26,644 bases of DNA from contig CAZQLR010000004.1 of assembly GCA_964594205.1 (NCBI GenBank), positions 1-26,644 of the forward strand, read 5' to 3'. The translations under genes and the position numbers were made by a program. This document shows, piece after piece, positions 12,849 through 22,059 of the stretch (its first letter is position 1; each line of letters begins with the position of its first letter). The stretch is from an uncultured Alphaproteobacteria bacterium (GTDB taxonomy: Bacteria; Pseudomonadota; Alphaproteobacteria; 16-39-46; JAJRRM01). The notes beneath the pieces were generated by a model. That model searched no databases and was not told the origin of the DNA. It was given only the letters and a program-made list of their open reading frames with translations.

Positions 12849-14477
12849 TTACAATTTAGAAAAAGGATCTTCATCAGAAGATTCATCTCTAAATCTACTC
12901 CCACGACTTCTTGGTCTTTCTTCTTGCTTAGCACAACAATCATGTTGTGCTGCCGCAGCTATAGGCAGATGTTTCATTTCCTCTTGTTCATCCCCTTCTG
13001 TATAGGTTGCGCTGTCAGAACAACAAGATAAGTTTTTGACATCTGTAAAGAATGTTTGTGCACAGAGCTTAATTCCCTCAACCATAGTTAGATAAGGATA
13101 AAGAGGTGCTGCAAGTTCAGAAATTGTCATCCTACCTCGAAGAGCAAAAACGGCGGTCTCAATAACATCCCCTGCATTTGATGCAACAATTTGAGCACCT
13201 AGTAAACGCCGCGTGCCTTTCTCGGCAACAAGCTTGATGAAGCCGTCCGTTTCAAAGTTAGCCAAGGCCCTTGGAACATTATCTAAAGTGAGAAGCCTAA
13301 CTTCAGCGTCTAAATTCATAGAATCAGCCATAGCCTTTGTTAACCCTACTGTTGCCACCTGTGGATCGGTAAAAACAACCTCAGGAACAATAGATAGGTC
13401 TAGATTTATCTGTTTTCCCGTCATATTCATAGCAGCACGTGTGCCAGCTGCAGCAGCAACATAAACATATTGAGGTTGATCTGTACAATCCCCAACAGCA
13501 AAGACATTTTCCACGCGCGTTCTCATGAATTTATCAACAGGAATACTTCCATTTGATGTTGTTTCCAAACCCACAGCTCCTAAATTCAGAGCGGTAGTAT
13601 TTGCATGACGACCTAAAGCAACTAACAACCGATCACCCGTGATCGTTTCATGGTCCGTAATGATGTTAAATATACCATCTCCATAAGAAACGTTCGTTGG
13701 TACAGTATGTGTCTTCACATTTATACTTGCCTGACGGAAAATTTTCTCCAATTGTGTTCCAATATCAGGATCCATTTTAGATAATAGAGTACTGCGAGCG
13801 AGAAGCGTAACATTTGACCCCAATCGAGAAAAGGCTTGGGCTATCTCTAAGGCTATAACAGACCCCCCAAGAACAATAAGATGTTTCGGAATTTCATCAC
13901 TGTACAAGGCTTCTTTAGATGTCCAATAAGGCGTTGAGGAAAGACCTTCTATATTAGGTATGTAAGGAGAGCTTCCTGTTGCTATTAATACGTTATCTGA
14001 TTTAAATTCCTCATGAGACCCTTCGCCTTTATCAACTAAAACTGTATTTTTATCTAAAAATTGAGCTGTTCCTTTTATAAGTCTAATAAGGGGGTGTTGA
14101 GATAGGACATGTTCATATTTCGCTCCTCTTAACTCCATAACACGGCCCGCACGTTGTTCTAATAAAGCTCTTGGATCAACCCTTGGTTCAAGACCCTCTA
14201 TCCCACGAAAAGGACTGTGGGCCTGAGAGTGAGCTATTTTCCCTGATTGAATAAGAATCTTAGAGGGAACACACCCATAATTAACGCATGTCCCTCCAAT
14301 GACGCCATCCCTTTCAATCATTGTTACTTCCTCTCCATGAGATGCCAAGTAAGTTGCCGCCGCAAAAGCTCCAGACCCACTTCCTATAATCGTGTGTTTT
14401 CCAGCCATACTCATTTGTACTCCTACAGTTGCACTGAAAACTATAGCAGAAAATATTACTACTTTTGTCTTTTTCAT
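12849..14477 (-). CDS. merA: Mercuric reductase MerA without NmerA, with signal-like N-terminus and 56-aa C-terminal extension
   Basis: IIGSGSGAFAAA, GGTCVNYGCVPSK, PQYVYVAAAAG, PRALANFETDGFIKLV, PYLTMVEGIKLCAQTF, NLSCC (C485-C486). Alternative start at ATG 14414. Confidence 0.95.
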   Translation of the reverse strand: MKKTKVVIFSAIVFSATVGVQMSMAGKHTIIGSGSGAFAAATYLASHGEEVTMIERDGVIGGTCVNYGCVPSKILIQSGKIAHSQAHSPFRGIEGLEPRVDPRALLEQRAGRVMELRGAKYEHVLSQHPLIRLIKGTAQFLDKNTVLVDKGEGSHEEFKSDNVLIATGSSPYIPNIEGLSSTPYWTSKEALYSDEIPKHLIVLGGSVIALEIAQAFSRLGSNVTLLARSTLLSKMDPDIGTQLEKIFRQASINVKTHTVPTNVSYGDGIFNIITDHETITGDRLLVALGRHANTTALNLGAVGLETTSNGSIPVDKFMRTRVENVFAVGDCTDQPQYVYVAAAAGTRAAMNMTGKQINLDLSIVPEVVFTDPQVATVGLTKAMADSMNLDAEVRLLTLDNVPRALANFETDGFIKLVAEKGTRRLLGAQIVASNAGDVIETAVFALRGRMTISELAAPLYPYLTMVEGIKLCAQTFFTDVKNLSCCSDSATYTEGDEQEEMKHLPIAAAAQHDCCAKQEERPRSRGSRFRDESSDEDPFSKL

Positions 14478-14522
14478 CGAAAATCTCTCAAGTTAATTTA
14501 TCAAAAAATTAGTCTCTTCTGA

Positions 14523-14554
14523 AGCGTACAACCTAGACTTAGGTCTATGGTCAA
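14523..14554 (-). promoter_or_regulatory. Second MerR-family promoter/operator (20-bp spacer) driving merA
   Basis: Minus strand TTGACC-ATAGACCTAAGTCTAGGTTG-TACGCT; core TAGAC-N4-GTCTA at the same offset as in the 11491 promoter. Confidence 0.85.
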
Positions 14555-14706
14555 GAAATTTTTTCTTTTTATAGGGATTCACACAACATGTCGTAGTTTA
14601 AATCAACACAAGCTGTGTATTTAAGAAATAAAACACAACCCCACCTTTGGTTTATTTCTACTACAATATAGGATACACTTGAGGTGATAAAACAGAGACT
14701 TTAAAT

Positions 14707-15216
14707 ATGATAGAGATTATCCCTAATTTTCACCCTTTGCTGGTACATTTTCCCATTGCACTTATCGCCGTTTCCGCAGGAACCCTGTTCCTTGGGTTAC
14801 TTATCGGTACGAAAAACAAATTTGGGAAAGAGTTTTTAATTGTATCTAGATGGTCATTGTGGTTCGCCGCTTTTATGTCAATATTTACCATCATAGCTGG
14901 ATTTGATGCTTATTATTCCGTTGCTCATGATAAACCCTCCCACGATATGATGACTATTCATAGAAACTGGGGACTTTCTACCTTTGTACTTCTCATACTG
15001 TTAACTTTCTGGAGTGTTTTTACATTCCTTACGAGAAGAACACCTTCAAAGACCTTTTGTTTTAGTATGATTCTTTTGTTTCTTCTTGTTATGACCACAG
15101 GTTGGTATGGCGGGGAAGTTGTTTATCGTTATGGACTTGGTGTTATGAGCCTCCCCAAGGTTGAGGGTCCAGGACATGATCATAGCCATGAAGATAGCTC
15201 GGCCCATGATCATTAA
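14707..15216 (+). CDS. DUF2231-family membrane protein with His-rich tail
   Basis: HPLLVHFPIAL, G..A...H....HR, GWYGGEVVYRYGLGV; tail HDHSHEDSSAHDH. Confidence 0.8.
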   Translation: MIEIIPNFHPLLVHFPIALIAVSAGTLFLGLLIGTKNKFGKEFLIVSRWSLWFAAFMSIFTIIAGFDAYYSVAHDKPSHDMMTIHRNWGLSTFVLLILLTFWSVFTFLTRRTPSKTFCFSMILLFLLVMTTGWYGGEVVYRYGLGVMSLPKVEGPGHDHSHEDSSAHDH

Positions 15217-15244
15217 TTCATGAGCCTTTAGTAGGGAGTAATAA

Positions 15245-17581
15245 ATGCATTCTTGTTGTCATAACAAAAACGAACTTAAAAGCAACACGACCGACACGGA
15301 TCCAGTATGCGGTATGAGTGTCGATCCGGATAAAACACCCTACAAGACCTCTTATAAAGACCATACCTATTATTTTTGTAGCCAGAAGTGCCAGCAAAAG
15401 TTTGAAAAGTCCCCTGCACACTTTCTTGCTAAAGAAAAGCCTGAAGATCCGCAAACCCTACCCCAAGACATAATTTATACATGCCCAATGCATCCCGAAG
15501 TGGAGCAAATTGGGCCTGGTAGCTGTCCCATATGCGGCATGGCATTGGAACCAAAAGATGGCGTTGTTAATGAGGATCAAAGTGAACTCATAGATATGAC
15601 TCGACGATTTTGGGTGTGTGCGCTTTTATCCTTCCCAGTTCTATTGCTCGTCATGCTGGACCATATTCCTGGCCTATTTCTTGAGTTTTATATCCCTGCA
15701 AAAGCCATACTCTGGATTGAGTTTGTTTTGGCAACGCCTGTTATGGTATGGGGTGCAGCCCCTTTTTTTCAAAGAGCTTGGCAGTCTATCGTAACCTGGA
15801 ACTTAAATATGTTTACACTTGTGGCCCTGGGAACGGGTGTGGCATATGTCTACAGCATTATTGCCACCCTCTGGCCAGAAATATTTCCCAAGGAAATGCA
15901 TATGCCAAATGGCCTAGTGGACGTATATTTTGAGGCAGCTGCAGTTATTGTCACTTTAGTGTTATTAGGTCAGGTAATGGAGCTTCGGGCACGCGCCAAA
16001 ACGAATAAAGCCATTCGCGACTTGCTTGACCTCGCCCCTAAAACAGCCCGCATCATATATAACAATGGAGAGGAAGCCGACATTCCCCTTGATGAAGTCC
16101 AGGTCGGAGATAAACTGCGTGTGCGACCTGGAGAATCAATTCCTGTTGATGGTATTATTATAGAGGGGACAAGTACAATTGATGAGTCCATGATTACAGG
16201 GGAGTCTATGCCTGTATCTAAAAAAGAAGGGGACTCTATTACAGGTGGTACATTCAATCAAACAGGCAGCTTTATTATGGAGGCAAAAAAAGTAGGTGCC
16301 GAAACTGTCTTGTCACAAATTGTTCACATGGTAGCCGAAGCCCAACGCAGCCGGGCCCCCGTGCAAAAGCTTGCAGATAATGTGGCGGGGTATTTCGTGC
16401 CAATCGTTGTTCTAGCATCAGGCATCACAGCTGTTGTGTGGGCAATATGGGGGCCAACACCGGCGCTTTCCTACGCTATTATCAATGCTGTTGGGGTGTT
16501 AATTATTGCGTGCCCTTGCGCCATTGGTTTAGCAACTCCTATGTCTATTATGGTTGGTACAGGTAGAGGGGCCCAAAGTGGTATTTTAATCAAGAATGCC
16601 GAAAGCCTAGAGTTAATGAAAAAAGTAGACATTCTAATCGTTGATAAAACGGGTACCCTTACGGCAGGGAAACCAGAGCTAACATCGGTTCTACCAGTGG
16701 GAGAATATGACAAAACAGAGCTTTTGGGATTGGCGGCGGCCCTTGAAATGGGAAGCGAACACCCTCTTGCCAAAGCAATTGTGGAAGGCGCCAAGAAGAA
16801 TGGTATCAAGCTCAAAAAAGTTAAAAACTTTGATGCTGTCACGGGGAAAGGCGTTATGGGTGAGGTTGGAAAGCATAAAGTGGCCTTAGGCAACGATCAA
16901 CTACTCGCCACCCTCAACATCAAAGGAGAAGATCTGAATAAAAAAGCTGACACTCTACGCGACCAAGGGGAAACCGTTATGTTTCTGGTAGTTGATGATA
17001 CACTAGCAGGCCTTATCAGTGTGTCTGATCCAATTAAGTCCACAACACCGGCGGCTCTTCAGGCGCTAAAGAAAGCAGGGATGCGTGTTATCATGCTCAC
17101 TGGGGATAACGAAAAGACAGCCAGAGCTGTAGCAAATCAACTAGAGATTACTGAAATTGAAGCTGGGGTTCTGCCTGATCGGAAAAGTAACGTTGTAAAA
17201 CGTTTCCAAAAGGAAGGCTATACAGTGGCCATGGCGGGAGATGGTGTGAACGATGCCCCCGCTTTAGCACAAGCCGATGTAGGCATTGCCATGGGAACAG
17301 GCGCAGATATTGCGATGGAAAGCGCTGAAGTAACCCTTATCAAGGGCGATTTGACTGGAATAGTACGGGCACGCAAACTAAGCCAAGCAACGATGACGAA
17401 TATACAACAAAATCTTTTCTTTGCCTTTGCGTATAATGTAACAGGTATTCCTATTGCTGCCGGGGTGCTTTATCCTTTTCTAGGACTGCTGCTGAATCCC
17501 ATTATTGCCAGTATGGCCATGGTGTTTAGTTCTATCTCGGTAATTCTTAATGCGGCAAGGTTAAACAAAGTGAGGCTATAA
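15245..17581 (+). CDS. copA: Cu(I)/Ag(I)-transporting P1B-type ATPase with YHS and CPMHP metal-binding domains
   Basis: DPVCGM..YYFCS..C (YHS), [64 protein letters not shown]. Confidence 0.95.
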   Translation: MHSCCHNKNELKSNTTDTDPVCGMSVDPDKTPYKTSYKDHTYYFCSQKCQQKFEKSPAHFLAKEKPEDPQTLPQDIIYTCPMHPEVEQIGPGSCPICGMALEPKDGVVNEDQSELIDMTRRFWVCALLSFPVLLLVMLDHIPGLFLEFYIPAKAILWIEFVLATPVMVWGAAPFFQRAWQSIVTWNLNMFTLVALGTGVAYVYSIIATLWPEIFPKEMHMPNGLVDVYFEAAAVIVTLVLLGQVMELRARAKTNKAIRDLLDLAPKTARIIYNNGEEADIPLDEVQVGDKLRVRPGESIPVDGIIIEGTSTIDESMITGESMPVSKKEGDSITGGTFNQTGSFIMEAKKVGAETVLSQIVHMVAEAQRSRAPVQKLADNVAGYFVPIVVLASGITAVVWAIWGPTPALSYAIINAVGVLIIACPCAIGLATPMSIMVGTGRGAQSGILIKNAESLELMKKVDILIVDKTGTLTAGKPELTSVLPVGEYDKTELLGLAAALEMGSEHPLAKAIVEGAKKNGIKLKKVKNFDAVTGKGVMGEVGKHKVALGNDQLLATLNIKGEDLNKKADTLRDQGETVMFLVVDDTLAGLISVSDPIKSTTPAALQALKKAGMRVIMLTGDNEKTARAVANQLEITEIEAGVLPDRKSNVVKRFQKEGYTVAMAGDGVNDAPALAQADVGIAMGTGADIAMESAEVTLIKGDLTGIVRARKLSQATMTNIQQNLFFAFAYNVTGIPIAAGVLYPFLGLLLNPIIASMAMVFSSISVILNAARLNKVRL

Positions 17582-17591
17582 AAACAAGAAA

Positions 17592-19670
17592 ATGACTAAA
17601 TATTTCTCTCAAACAACAGTTGCTTTATCCCTACTCTTCCTGGCCATTCTCTCAACAAGTTGGGCCAAAACAGTGTCCTACAATTTAGTCGTCACACCCA
17701 AAACACTTATCGTTAAAGATGAGAAAGTAAAAGCACTTTCTTATAACAATAAAATACCAGGCCCCACACTCTATGCCACCGTTGGTGATATGTTGGAAGT
17801 TTCTGTAACCAACAATCTAGAAGAAGAAACATCCGTTCATTGGCATGGCGTTCTCTTACCAAATGATCAAGATGGTGTTCCCTATTTAACGACGCCGCCA
17901 ATAAAACCTGGGGGGACATTCACCTATAAATATGAAGTCACCCACCCCGGCACCTATTGGTATCATTCACATTCAGGTCTTCAGGAGCAGTTAGGGCTTT
18001 ATGGCTCGCTCGTATTTCTCCCCAAAGAAACATCTCATCGCGCCGACCATGACTACGTCGTTGTTCTATCTGACTGGATTAATGAACCGCCTGGAACGGT
18101 GACATCAAATATTAAACGCCAAGATAACTACTATGCCTTGAAAAAAAATGCCGTTCAATCTTGGCTGGGCGTTATAGAAAATGGATGGCCGGCCATAAAA
18201 TCACGACTAGAAGGTGCCTGGGACCGCATGGGGCCCATGGATATCTCTGATGTTGGGTATGATGCCTTCTGGGCAAATGGCAAACCCATAACCCACCTAG
18301 ATGCCAAACCTGGTGATACTGTCCGCATAAGACTCATTAATGCAGGCGCCTCAACTTATTTTTATCTACAGTATGCGGGCGGCCCCATGACAATTGTTGC
18401 CGCAGACGGTGTGGATGTAGAACCAGTGGACGTTAATAGCTTGAAGATTTCCGTAGCAGAAACCTATGATGTTCTTGTTAAAGTCCCTCTTCAACATACC
18501 TACGAGCTAAGAGCTACAGCGGAAGATGGAACAGGATACAGTTCTATACAGATTGGTGAGGGGTCCCTTATTACTGCTCCAGATATGCCCAAACCTAATA
18601 TCTATTTAAGTCATAGCGATCATGGAATGAACCATGCCGGCAATGAACGAGATAATCAACAGATGTCTTCTCATGGATCAGAGCAGCATGGACATATCAT
18701 GTCACATAACACAGACAAACACGCTGAATCCATGGACATGAACGAGTATGATATCTTACGTGCCACCTCAGAAACAGCTTTGCCGGCCCATCAACCTTGG
18801 CAAACTATTACACTCAAGCTCACTGGGAATATGGAACGCTACGTATGGACGTTTAATAATGAGACGCTGTCTGAAGCAGATAAAATTCTTATTAAAAAAG
18901 GGGAAAACGTCCGCTTTATTTTAAAGAATGAAACAATGATGCATCACCCTATTCATTTACATGGTCACTTCTTCCGTGTGGTAAATAAACATGGCGACTA
19001 TAGCCCTTTAAAACATACCGTTAACGTGCCACCGATGAGCACTGTCGAAATTGAATTTGATGCCAATGAAGAAAAAGACTGGTTTTTCCACTGCCATAAT
19101 CTATATCACGTGAAAACGGGCATGGCTCGCATCGTTTCGTATGAAGGGTCAACAACAGCAACAGACAAAACTATTGCCAAGCTTGCTCATGACACTGACT
19201 GGTTTCAAGCCTACGACTTAAGTGCTCTATCGAATATGACTTATGGTCATGGTAAAATCGGTAACACGCGCAATGCTTTCATGGTTGACTACGAAGCAAA
19301 CTACGAAAAAGAGTATGATGTTGACTTAACTTATGACCGTAATATTTCTAGGTATTTAGATATATATGGAGGGGTTAATTTTGAACGGGCAGATGCCAAG
19401 AAAAAAGGCGAAGCAAAGGGTATTGTGGGTCTGAAATATGTCCTACCTTTACTCATTGAAAGTGATCTTCGTTTAGATGACGATGGCCATGTGCGCTTGC
19501 GACTTGGTTCGGAGCTTCAATTAACAGACCGCAGCAGCCTAAGCTGGCAATGGGATACAGATCATGCATATCGCATATCAACCTCTTATGAGCTCCAAAA
19601 AGACTTTTACCTCTCCGGCGTCTATGATTCAGAAAACAAACTAGGTATTGGGATAAGAGTAAAATTCTAA
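17592..19670 (+). CDS. Multicopper oxidase (CopA/PcoA-like) with C-terminal beta-barrel-like extension
   Basis: VHWHG, WYHSH, HPIHLHGH, HCHNLYHVKTGM copper motifs; His/Met linker; about 175 extra C-terminal residues ending IGIRVKF. Confidence 0.9.
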   Translation: MTKYFSQTTVALSLLFLAILSTSWAKTVSYNLVVTPKTLIVKDEKVKALSYNNKIPGPTLYATVGDMLEVSVTNNLEEETSVHWHGVLLPNDQDGVPYLTTPPIKPGGTFTYKYEVTHPGTYWYHSHSGLQEQLGLYGSLVFLPKETSHRADHDYVVVLSDWINEPPGTVTSNIKRQDNYYALKKNAVQSWLGVIENGWPAIKSRLEGAWDRMGPMDISDVGYDAFWANGKPITHLDAKPGDTVRIRLINAGASTYFYLQYAGGPMTIVAADGVDVEPVDVNSLKISVAETYDVLVKVPLQHTYELRATAEDGTGYSSIQIGEGSLITAPDMPKPNIYLSHSDHGMNHAGNERDNQQMSSHGSEQHGHIMSHNTDKHAESMDMNEYDILRATSETALPAHQPWQTITLKLTGNMERYVWTFNNETLSEADKILIKKGENVRFILKNETMMHHPIHLHGHFFRVVNKHGDYSPLKHTVNVPPMSTVEIEFDANEEKDWFFHCHNLYHVKTGMARIVSYEGSTTATDKTIAKLAHDTDWFQAYDLSALSNMTYGHGKIGNTRNAFMVDYEANYEKEYDVDLTYDRNISRYLDIYGGVNFERADAKKKGEAKGIVGLKYVLPLLIESDLRLDDDGHVRLRLGSELQLTDRSSLSWQWDTDHAYRISTSYELQKDFYLSGVYDSENKLGIGIRVKF

Positions 19671-19679
19671 GAAGGTAAA

Positions 19680-20624
19680 TTGCTTATTGAGAACAATTCC
19701 ATGTGGCAACGCAAACCAATCCAAATTCTTCTAATCTTGAGCGTTATGATGTTATGGGCAAGTTGCTATCCTTTGATTTCTCTAGGCCTCCCACACGCGC
19801 CTCATTTAACTTTTGCGGCCTTAAGGGCTTCTTTAGCTGGAGGATCATTACTTATACTTTCTTTCATCCTACAAAAACCTCAGCCTACAGGTTGGCGGCA
19901 CTGGACCAAAATAACCATCATAGGTTTTTGTGCTACAACGCTTGGCTTTTTTGGTATGTTTCACGCGTCTGAATTTATTTCTCCGGGTATTGCTACTGTG
20001 CTCACCAACACACAGCCCCTTATTGCTGCTGTCCTCGCGAGCTACTTTCTCAAAGAGAATTTAGGGTACGGTGAAAAAGCCGGTTTAGTTGTTGGCTTTC
20101 TCGGAGTTATCTTAATTGCTGTGCCTACAGCAAGTACAATAGCACATGAAACTTATAATCTTGGCTTGTCCTATATTACCATAGCTGCCATTGGGGTGGC
20201 TATTAGCAACGTTATACTTAGAAACCTCAGTAAACAAACGAATGCGCTTACAACAATGGGATGGCAACTCATCATTGGCAGCTTATTTCTTTGGATATTG
20301 GCTCTTTTATTTGAAGATACATTTCAGATTAATTGGCACCCAGATTTTATTATTAGTTTGCTTGGTCTTGCTATTCCAGGTACCGCAATGGTTTACTGGT
20401 TATGGTGCAAAATATTACAACACGTAGAACTGACTTATGCCAATAGTTACAGCTTTCTGGTGCCTATTCTCGGTCTTCTTTTTGGTTACTTCTTCTTCCA
20501 GGAGAACTTAAGCGTACAACCCATCATTGGTGTTATATTAACTTTATTGGGCATAGTTCTCGTTAATATAAACGAGAAAAAATCCCAAAAAGTAGAACCA
20601 ACTAAAATTAAAGGGAATCTTTAA
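19680..20624 (+). CDS. EamA/DMT-family transporter
   Basis: Ten hydrophobic segments in two repeats (ALRASLAG, ISPGIATVLTNTQPL, LLFGYFFFQE). Start is TTG 19680 or ATG 19701. Confidence 0.88.
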   Translation: MLIENNSMWQRKPIQILLILSVMMLWASCYPLISLGLPHAPHLTFAALRASLAGGSLLILSFILQKPQPTGWRHWTKITIIGFCATTLGFFGMFHASEFISPGIATVLTNTQPLIAAVLASYFLKENLGYGEKAGLVVGFLGVILIAVPTASTIAHETYNLGLSYITIAAIGVAISNVILRNLSKQTNALTTMGWQLIIGSLFLWILALLFEDTFQINWHPDFIISLLGLAIPGTAMVYWLWCKILQHVELTYANSYSFLVPILGLLFGYFFFQENLSVQPIIGVILTLLGIVLVNINEKKSQKVEPTKIKGNL

Positions 20625-21950
20625 ATGGAACCATCTCACATGCATCAGCATAACACTTCTTATAGAAAAAATAGTCTGTCGCTAGTTGGCGCTGTCTCCC
20701 TTGGAACGGGGGTTATGATTGGTGCTGGTATTTTAGCTTTAACTGGGCAAATTGCCGAACTAGCCGGCAGTTTATTTCCTTTCGTTTTTCTTGCCGCCGC
20801 CCTTGTGACAGCTTTTAGCGCCTATTCATACGTAAAGTTGTCCAATGCTTTTCCCTCCGCCGGGGGCATTGGCATGTTCTTAGAAAAAGCGTATGGAAAA
20901 AGCACAATGACCGCAGCCTGTGCCCTACTTATGTATTTTTCTATGGTCATTAATGAAAGTCTTGTTGCCCGTACTTTTGGAACTTACACCCTTCAACTTT
21001 TCGACTTTCCTCAGACGAGTTGGCTTATTCCATCCCTTGGAGTTGGGTTATTGATTTTTGCCTTCTTCATCAATATGTTAAGCAACAAACTTATCAGTAC
21101 TTTTTCCCTACTTATGGCTTTCCTTAAAATAGGCGGCATAACCCTTTTCGCCCTTGGTGGCCTGTGGATTTCAGATTTCTCTTGGGAACATCATACACTT
21201 AAGGCAACACCTACTTCTATAGAAGGTTTTTTTGCGGCCATGGCATTAGCTATATTGGCATACAAGGGATTTACAACTATTACAAACAGCGGTTCAGAAA
21301 TAACCAACCCGCATCGTAATGTTGGAAGAGCCATCATTATATCAATCATTATTTGTGTGTCCCTCTATTTACTTGTGGCCCTTGCAGTGGCTGGCAATTT
21401 ATCAATATCAGAAATCATAGCCGCCAAAGATTATGCCCTTGCTCAAGCTGCTAAACCAGCTTTCGGCAGCTATGGACTTTGGTTTACAGTGGCCATAGCA
21501 ATCATTGCCACCGTTTCAGGTGTCATTGCCAGTGTTTTTGCTGTCTCACGTATGCTGGCCATGCTCACAGAAATGAAGCTTGTGCCGCATAGTCATTTTG
21601 GTATGAAAGGGTCCTTACAAAGGCATACACTAGTTTATACTATCGTCCTTGCAATTCTTTTGACAATCTTCTTTGATTTAAGCAGAATTGCTGCCCTTGG
21701 GGCTATTTTTTACATAACAATGGACATTGCTGTACATTGGGGGGTGTTAAAACATCTCAAAAAATCGATAAAGGCTCATGCTGGCATTCTTATCATGGCT
21801 ATTGTTTTTGATCTTATGGTATTGCTCGCGTTAATTCTGGTCAAAATAAATACAGATGTGACTGTTGTCTACTTAGCCGCAAGTCTCATGATTATTATCT
21901 TTGTAGGAGAACGCTTTTTTCTAAGAAAACAACATGACCATATCGATTAA
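20625..21950 (+). CDS. APC-superfamily amino-acid permease
   Basis: GTGVMIGAGIL (TM1), PSAGG, LAYKGFTTITNSGSEITNP.RN, SRML; abuts the EamA stop codon. Confidence 0.9.
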   Translation: MEPSHMHQHNTSYRKNSLSLVGAVSLGTGVMIGAGILALTGQIAELAGSLFPFVFLAAALVTAFSAYSYVKLSNAFPSAGGIGMFLEKAYGKSTMTAACALLMYFSMVINESLVARTFGTYTLQLFDFPQTSWLIPSLGVGLLIFAFFINMLSNKLISTFSLLMAFLKIGGITLFALGGLWISDFSWEHHTLKATPTSIEGFFAAMALAILAYKGFTTITNSGSEITNPHRNVGRAIIISIIICVSLYLLVALAVAGNLSISEIIAAKDYALAQAAKPAFGSYGLWFTVAIAIIATVSGVIASVFAVSRMLAMLTEMKLVPHSHFGMKGSLQRHTLVYTIVLAILLTIFFDLSRIAALGAIFYITMDIAVHWGVLKHLKKSIKAHAGILIMAIVFDLMVLLALILVKINTDVTVVYLAASLMIIIFVGERFFLRKQHDHID

Positions 21951-21959
21951 GGTGTTTTT

Positions 21960-21982
21960 TTACTCTTGCGGAGTAACTTTTT
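21960..21982 (+). terminator. Possible weak terminator ending the copper operon
   Basis: TTACTC-ttgcg-GAGTAA followed by CTTTTT; short stem. Confidence 0.35.
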
Positions 21983-22059
21983 CTGGATTACGTTACCAAT
22001 AGAATAAAAGTTTTTAATATTTTAAATCTATGAAACGCATAAATTAATTTATTCAATGG

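Noticed and set aside
15218-20427. Short overlapping ORFs within the ATPase, oxidase and EamA genes
   Set aside because: Alternative-frame or antisense shadows with no independent evidence.
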